A DNA stretch of 64,000 nt, taken from a bacterium. Its GTDB lineage: Bacteria; Sysuimicrobiota; Sysuimicrobiia; Sysuimicrobiales; Segetimicrobiaceae. The position numbers and the translations under genes are program-made. Below the pieces are notes generated by a model. It saw nothing but the letters and a program-made list of their open reading frames with translations, made no database searches and was not told the DNA's origin. Every line of letters begins with the position of its first letter. Position 1 is the stretch's first letter. The stretch is from positions 357-64,356 of the forward strand of contig DASYXS010000020.1 in assembly GCA_035934535.1 (NCBI GenBank), read 5' to 3'. This document shows positions 61,871-64,000 of this stretch, one piece after another.

Positions 61871-61899
61871 ATTGTAGTTTAGGTGACCATGTAAGTCAA
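61871..61899 (-). promoter_or_regulatory. Sigma70-type promoter of the antitoxin-PIN-helicase-nuclease operon
   Basis: The reverse strand reads TTGACT, 17 nt, TACAAT, 40 nt upstream of the antitoxin GTG. The imperfect inverted repeat ATGTAG-N9-CTACAT (61846-61866) and a third TGTAG overlap or follow the -10. Confidence 0.55.
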
Positions 61900-61983
61900 G
61901 CAACGAAACTGAATCCTGGTCCCGGCGCGATCCTGAAAGCGTTCCTGACGAGCATGAATCAGAGACTCAGCGGGAAATAAACG

Positions 61984-62027
61984 TGGTGCCGGGAGGCCGT
62001 CTTTGTCATTATCCCAACGGCCAAGAG
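61984..62027 (+). repeat. Intergenic ~45-nt element family, copy C
   Basis: GTGGTGCCGGGAGGCCGTCTTTGTCATTATCCCAACGGCCAAGAG. Internal stem GGCCGT/ACGGCC. Confidence 0.65.
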
Positions 62028-62286
62028 TCGTGCGAGTGATCGCATGACCGTACTACCGGCCTCACGCGCATGAACGCTGCGCCAATCGTCCGCCAAGCAA
62101 AGCCCTCTTCCGATGGACCCGGGCCGGCCGCCTACTACCCTTCGGGACGGCGGCCGAACCCGTCGGATACCTTTGTCATGATGCCAGCAGCACCGAAGAG
62201 TACCGGCGCGCCGAATAGAATGCCGATTCAACGCCGCGCGCCGTGCTCACAACGCCGAACGCAAACGGGCTGATCAGGCGTTACGG

Positions 62287-62541
62287 GTGCTTGCGGCTAT
62301 CGAACGCGCGCTGAAGTCCGGAGGACATCGTGGAGAGGAGCTCAGCGGCGCGTTCGCCGGTCTGTTCAAGCTCAGGGTTGGCGATTACCGAGCCATATAC
62401 GCCCGGACAGAAGTCGGGTACCTCATCCTGCGCAATATGCGCTCTCGGCAGTCGAGAAGGCTATCGAATCGGTCGACGACTCGGATGGCTTCATGGCCCC
62501 AGTGGTTCGCGCTTTGTCGGGTGTTCGTAGAAACAACTTGA
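62287..62541 (+). pseudogene. RelE/ParE-family toxin remnant
   Basis: Contains the family core GLFKLRVGDYRAIYARTEVGYLIL, but the expected C-terminal xGHRxxxY is out of frame (ALGSREGYR appears in the +1 frame). No intact N-terminus, start context or antitoxin gene lies upstream. Confidence 0.5.
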
Positions 62542-62566
62542 ACAAGGATAACGTCCTTGCTATTAT
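62538..62566 (+). promoter_or_regulatory. Promoter of the AbrB-PIN pair with an embedded inverted repeat
   Basis: TTGAAC, 17 nt, TATTAT, ending 6 nt before the ATG at 62573 (near-leaderless). The spacer contains CAAGGA-N5-TCCTTG. Confidence 0.5.
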
Positions 62567-62572
62567 AAGGAC

Positions 62573-62857
62573 ATGGCTAAGGTTACATCGAAGCTTCAGG
62601 TCACGGTCCCTAAAGCAGTCGCAAATCACTATGGCATTCGCCCAGGCGATGAGATCGAGTGGCTCGCCGCCGGGGAGACGATTCGGGTCGTCCCCCCTGG
62701 CAGGAAGCTCAGAACAATGAGCCCTGCCGAGCGCCTTCGCCGTTTCGATCTGGCGACAGCCAGACAGCGGAAGAGGAACAAAGGCCCTCACGCGGCGTCG
62801 GTACAGACCCGTGGATGGAGCCGAGAGGACCTCTATCGCCGTGGCCGCGCTCGTTGA
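62573..62857 (+). CDS. vapB: AbrB/MazE/SpoVT-family antitoxin (VapB type)
   Basis: 94 aa. The MAKVTSKLQVTVPKAVANHYGIRPGDEIEW swapped-hairpin motif is followed by a basic tail. Confidence 0.85.
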   Translation: MAKVTSKLQVTVPKAVANHYGIRPGDEIEWLAAGETIRVVPPGRKLRTMSPAERLRRFDLATARQRKRNKGPHAASVQTRGWSREDLYRRGRAR

Positions 62858-63266
62858 TACGAACATCCTCGTGTATCGCTTCGATCCACGATTCCCAGAC
62901 CGCCAAGAGATGGCGACTGAAATCCTGAGGCGGGGGATCGCCGAGGATTCGATCCGTGTTCCTCATCAGGCAATCATGGAGTTTGTCGCGGCGGTGACGA
63001 GACCGCTTGTGGGCGCAGTGCCTCTCCTCTCGGTGCAAGACGCACTTCGGGAAGCCGAGGAGATGCTGAGGCAATTTACCGTGCTGTATCCGGACGAGAT
63101 GCTCTTGAGGACGGCGCTCCGAGGCGCGGTAGCATACCAACTGTCCTGGTTCGACGCACATTTGTGGGCATATGCCGAGCATTTCGGCCTTTCGGAACTC
63201 CTGTCCGAAGACTTCCAGCATGACCGTCTCTACGGCAGCGTTCGGGCAGTGAACCCGTTCGTGTGA
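62841..63266 (+). CDS. vapC: PIN-domain toxin (VapC type)
   Basis: GTG 62841 overlaps the antitoxin 3' end by 17 nt. ALVDTNILVYRFD, QAIMEFVAAVTR and LSWFDAHLWAYAE carry the PIN acidic residues. Confidence 0.85.
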   Translation: MAALVDTNILVYRFDPRFPDRQEMATEILRRGIAEDSIRVPHQAIMEFVAAVTRPLVGAVPLLSVQDALREAEEMLRQFTVLYPDEMLLRTALRGAVAYQLSWFDAHLWAYAEHFGLSELLSEDFQHDRLYGSVRAVNPFV

Positions 63267-63267
63267 T

Positions 63268-63300
63268 CACCGCCCCGGGGGATTTCGTCTTGGCCGAACG
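63268..63300 (+). repeat. Intergenic ~45-nt element family, diverged copy D
   Basis: CACCGCCCCGGGGGATTTCGTCTTGGCCGAACG. It shares GGGGGATTT with copies A and B, and CGTCTT plus GGCC-A with copy C. The central part is shorter. Lies between convergent stops at 63266 (+) and 63343 (-). Confidence 0.35.
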
Positions 63301-63342
63301 TTGAGGCGTCCTAGACTCAGCGCAGTCGTTACGTTAAAGTCG

Positions 63343-64000
63343 CTATCTCACCGGCCATACGGTAGTTCGAGTTTGCTCCTTTCCGTCGCGCGTATCCTCC
63401 CAAGCAATCACGAGCCGATCCTGGCGACCTCCAACCACCACGAGTGAAGGCAGGCGTGCGTGAGTGCCGGGAGGACCGTCATCTACGCGCGCCGGTCGGC
63501 TTCCCCGGCCGTCTCCGCGCGCCACGAGCACGTCCCAGTCGCCGGCCCGGTCATCTTGCCAGGCCACCCAGAACCCCGTACGCGTATGAGCTATGGCCGG
63601 GCGGGCCTGGCGCACACCCGGCGGGGCGAACGCGTCCACGAAGAAGGTCGTAACGTGAACGCCGTTGACAATCGCTACGCGGATGCGTCTTTCCCCACCT
63701 CCGATTCCTTCCGACCAGGCCACCCCTACCCGCCCGTCCGGCGCGAACGCCACGGCAGGCTGCCACTGCTCCGCGTTGGACGGCGCCAACCGGGTCGCGT
63801 TGCGGAAGGTCAGCCCGCCGTCGGCTGAAAGCGCCAAAAAGACCTGATTCCACCCGGTGCGATGATCCTGCCAGGCCAGGCCGATGCGATTCCCGTCGGC
63901 CGAAGCAGCGATCGCAGGAGACCACTGGTCCGCCTCCTTGGTGCCGCTCCCGTCCGCGGCTACTTCACCTACCCATCCTGCGCCTGTGGGGGAGGGGCGC
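63343..64000 (-). CDS. BNR/sialidase-like repeat protein, C-terminal part (continues off the right edge)
   Basis: The reading frame stays open upstream of the track's TTG at 63837 to the window end (my manual translation: ...AIAASADGNRIGLAWQDHRTGWNQVFLALSADGGLTF...). Repeated units of the form PAVAFAPDGRVGVAWSE and the SADGGLTF Asp-box. Confidence 0.65.
   Translation of the reverse strand, partial: RPSPTGAGWVGEVAADGSGTKEADQWSPAIAASADGNRIGLAWQDHRTGWNQVFLALSADGGLTFRNATRLAPSNAEQWQPAVAFAPDGRVGVAWSEGIGGGERRIRVAIVNGVHVTTFFVDAFAPPGVRQARPAIAHTRTGFWVAWQDDRAGDWDVLVARGDGRGSRPARVDDGPPGTHARLPSLVVVGGRQDRLVIAWEDTRDGKEQTRTTVWPVR

Noticed and set aside
61959-62273. ORFs 61959..62231 (-) and 62070..62273 (+) in the gap between the two TA loci.
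   Set aside because: They are Arg/Pro-rich with no start context or recognisable family. The minus-strand ORF simply ends in repeat copy C. I treat the region as non-coding or decayed.
52893-63300. A CRISPR array or integron cassette array as the explanation of the repeated element.
   Set aside because: The copies are 1.3-3.5 kb apart rather than 25-50 nt, so this is not a CRISPR array. I could not find attC-type RYYYAAC/GTTRRRY core sites. Cassette genes are in both orientations with their own promoters, and no IntI gene is present.

Overview
Visibly GC-rich bacterial chromosomal DNA: G/C-dominated third codon positions, frequent GTG/TTG starts, GGAGG-type ribosome-binding sites and Tat-like signal peptides (composition not computed). 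I call 63 protein-coding genes and 3 pseudogenes. I found no rRNA, tRNA or CRISPR array. All family assignments come from motif recognition by eye, not from database searches. (1) 1-41 kb is ordinary solute uptake and catabolism. It holds three of the window's four family-5 (peptide/opine) binding proteins, Dpp/Opp-type importers, and a complete Liv-type importer with a divergent GntR regulator. It also holds Gfo/Idh/MocA, enolase-superfamily, aldo-keto reductase, LLM/PPOX (F420-type), PrpD, UbiA and xanthine-dehydrogenase-family enzymes, an ATP-dependent DNA ligase, and one decayed IS110-family element (17.4-18.7 kb). (2) 42.5-51.7 kb is a cyclic-nucleotide signalling neighbourhood: a cNMP-binding::DASS transporter fusion, a HAMP-GAF histidine kinase, a receiver, a receiver::class III cyclase, and a GAF/coiled-coil/HD-GYP protein. 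(3) 52.9-63.3 kb looks accessory. Five same-orientation copies of a ~40-45 nt intergenic element split it into cassettes. The best candidate for an undescribed system is a gap-free four-gene operon at 58.5-61.9 kb: Phd/YefM antitoxin, PIN toxin, XPB-like helicase, DUF790/Bax1-like nuclease. A RelE/ParE remnant and an AbrB-PIN pair follow it.
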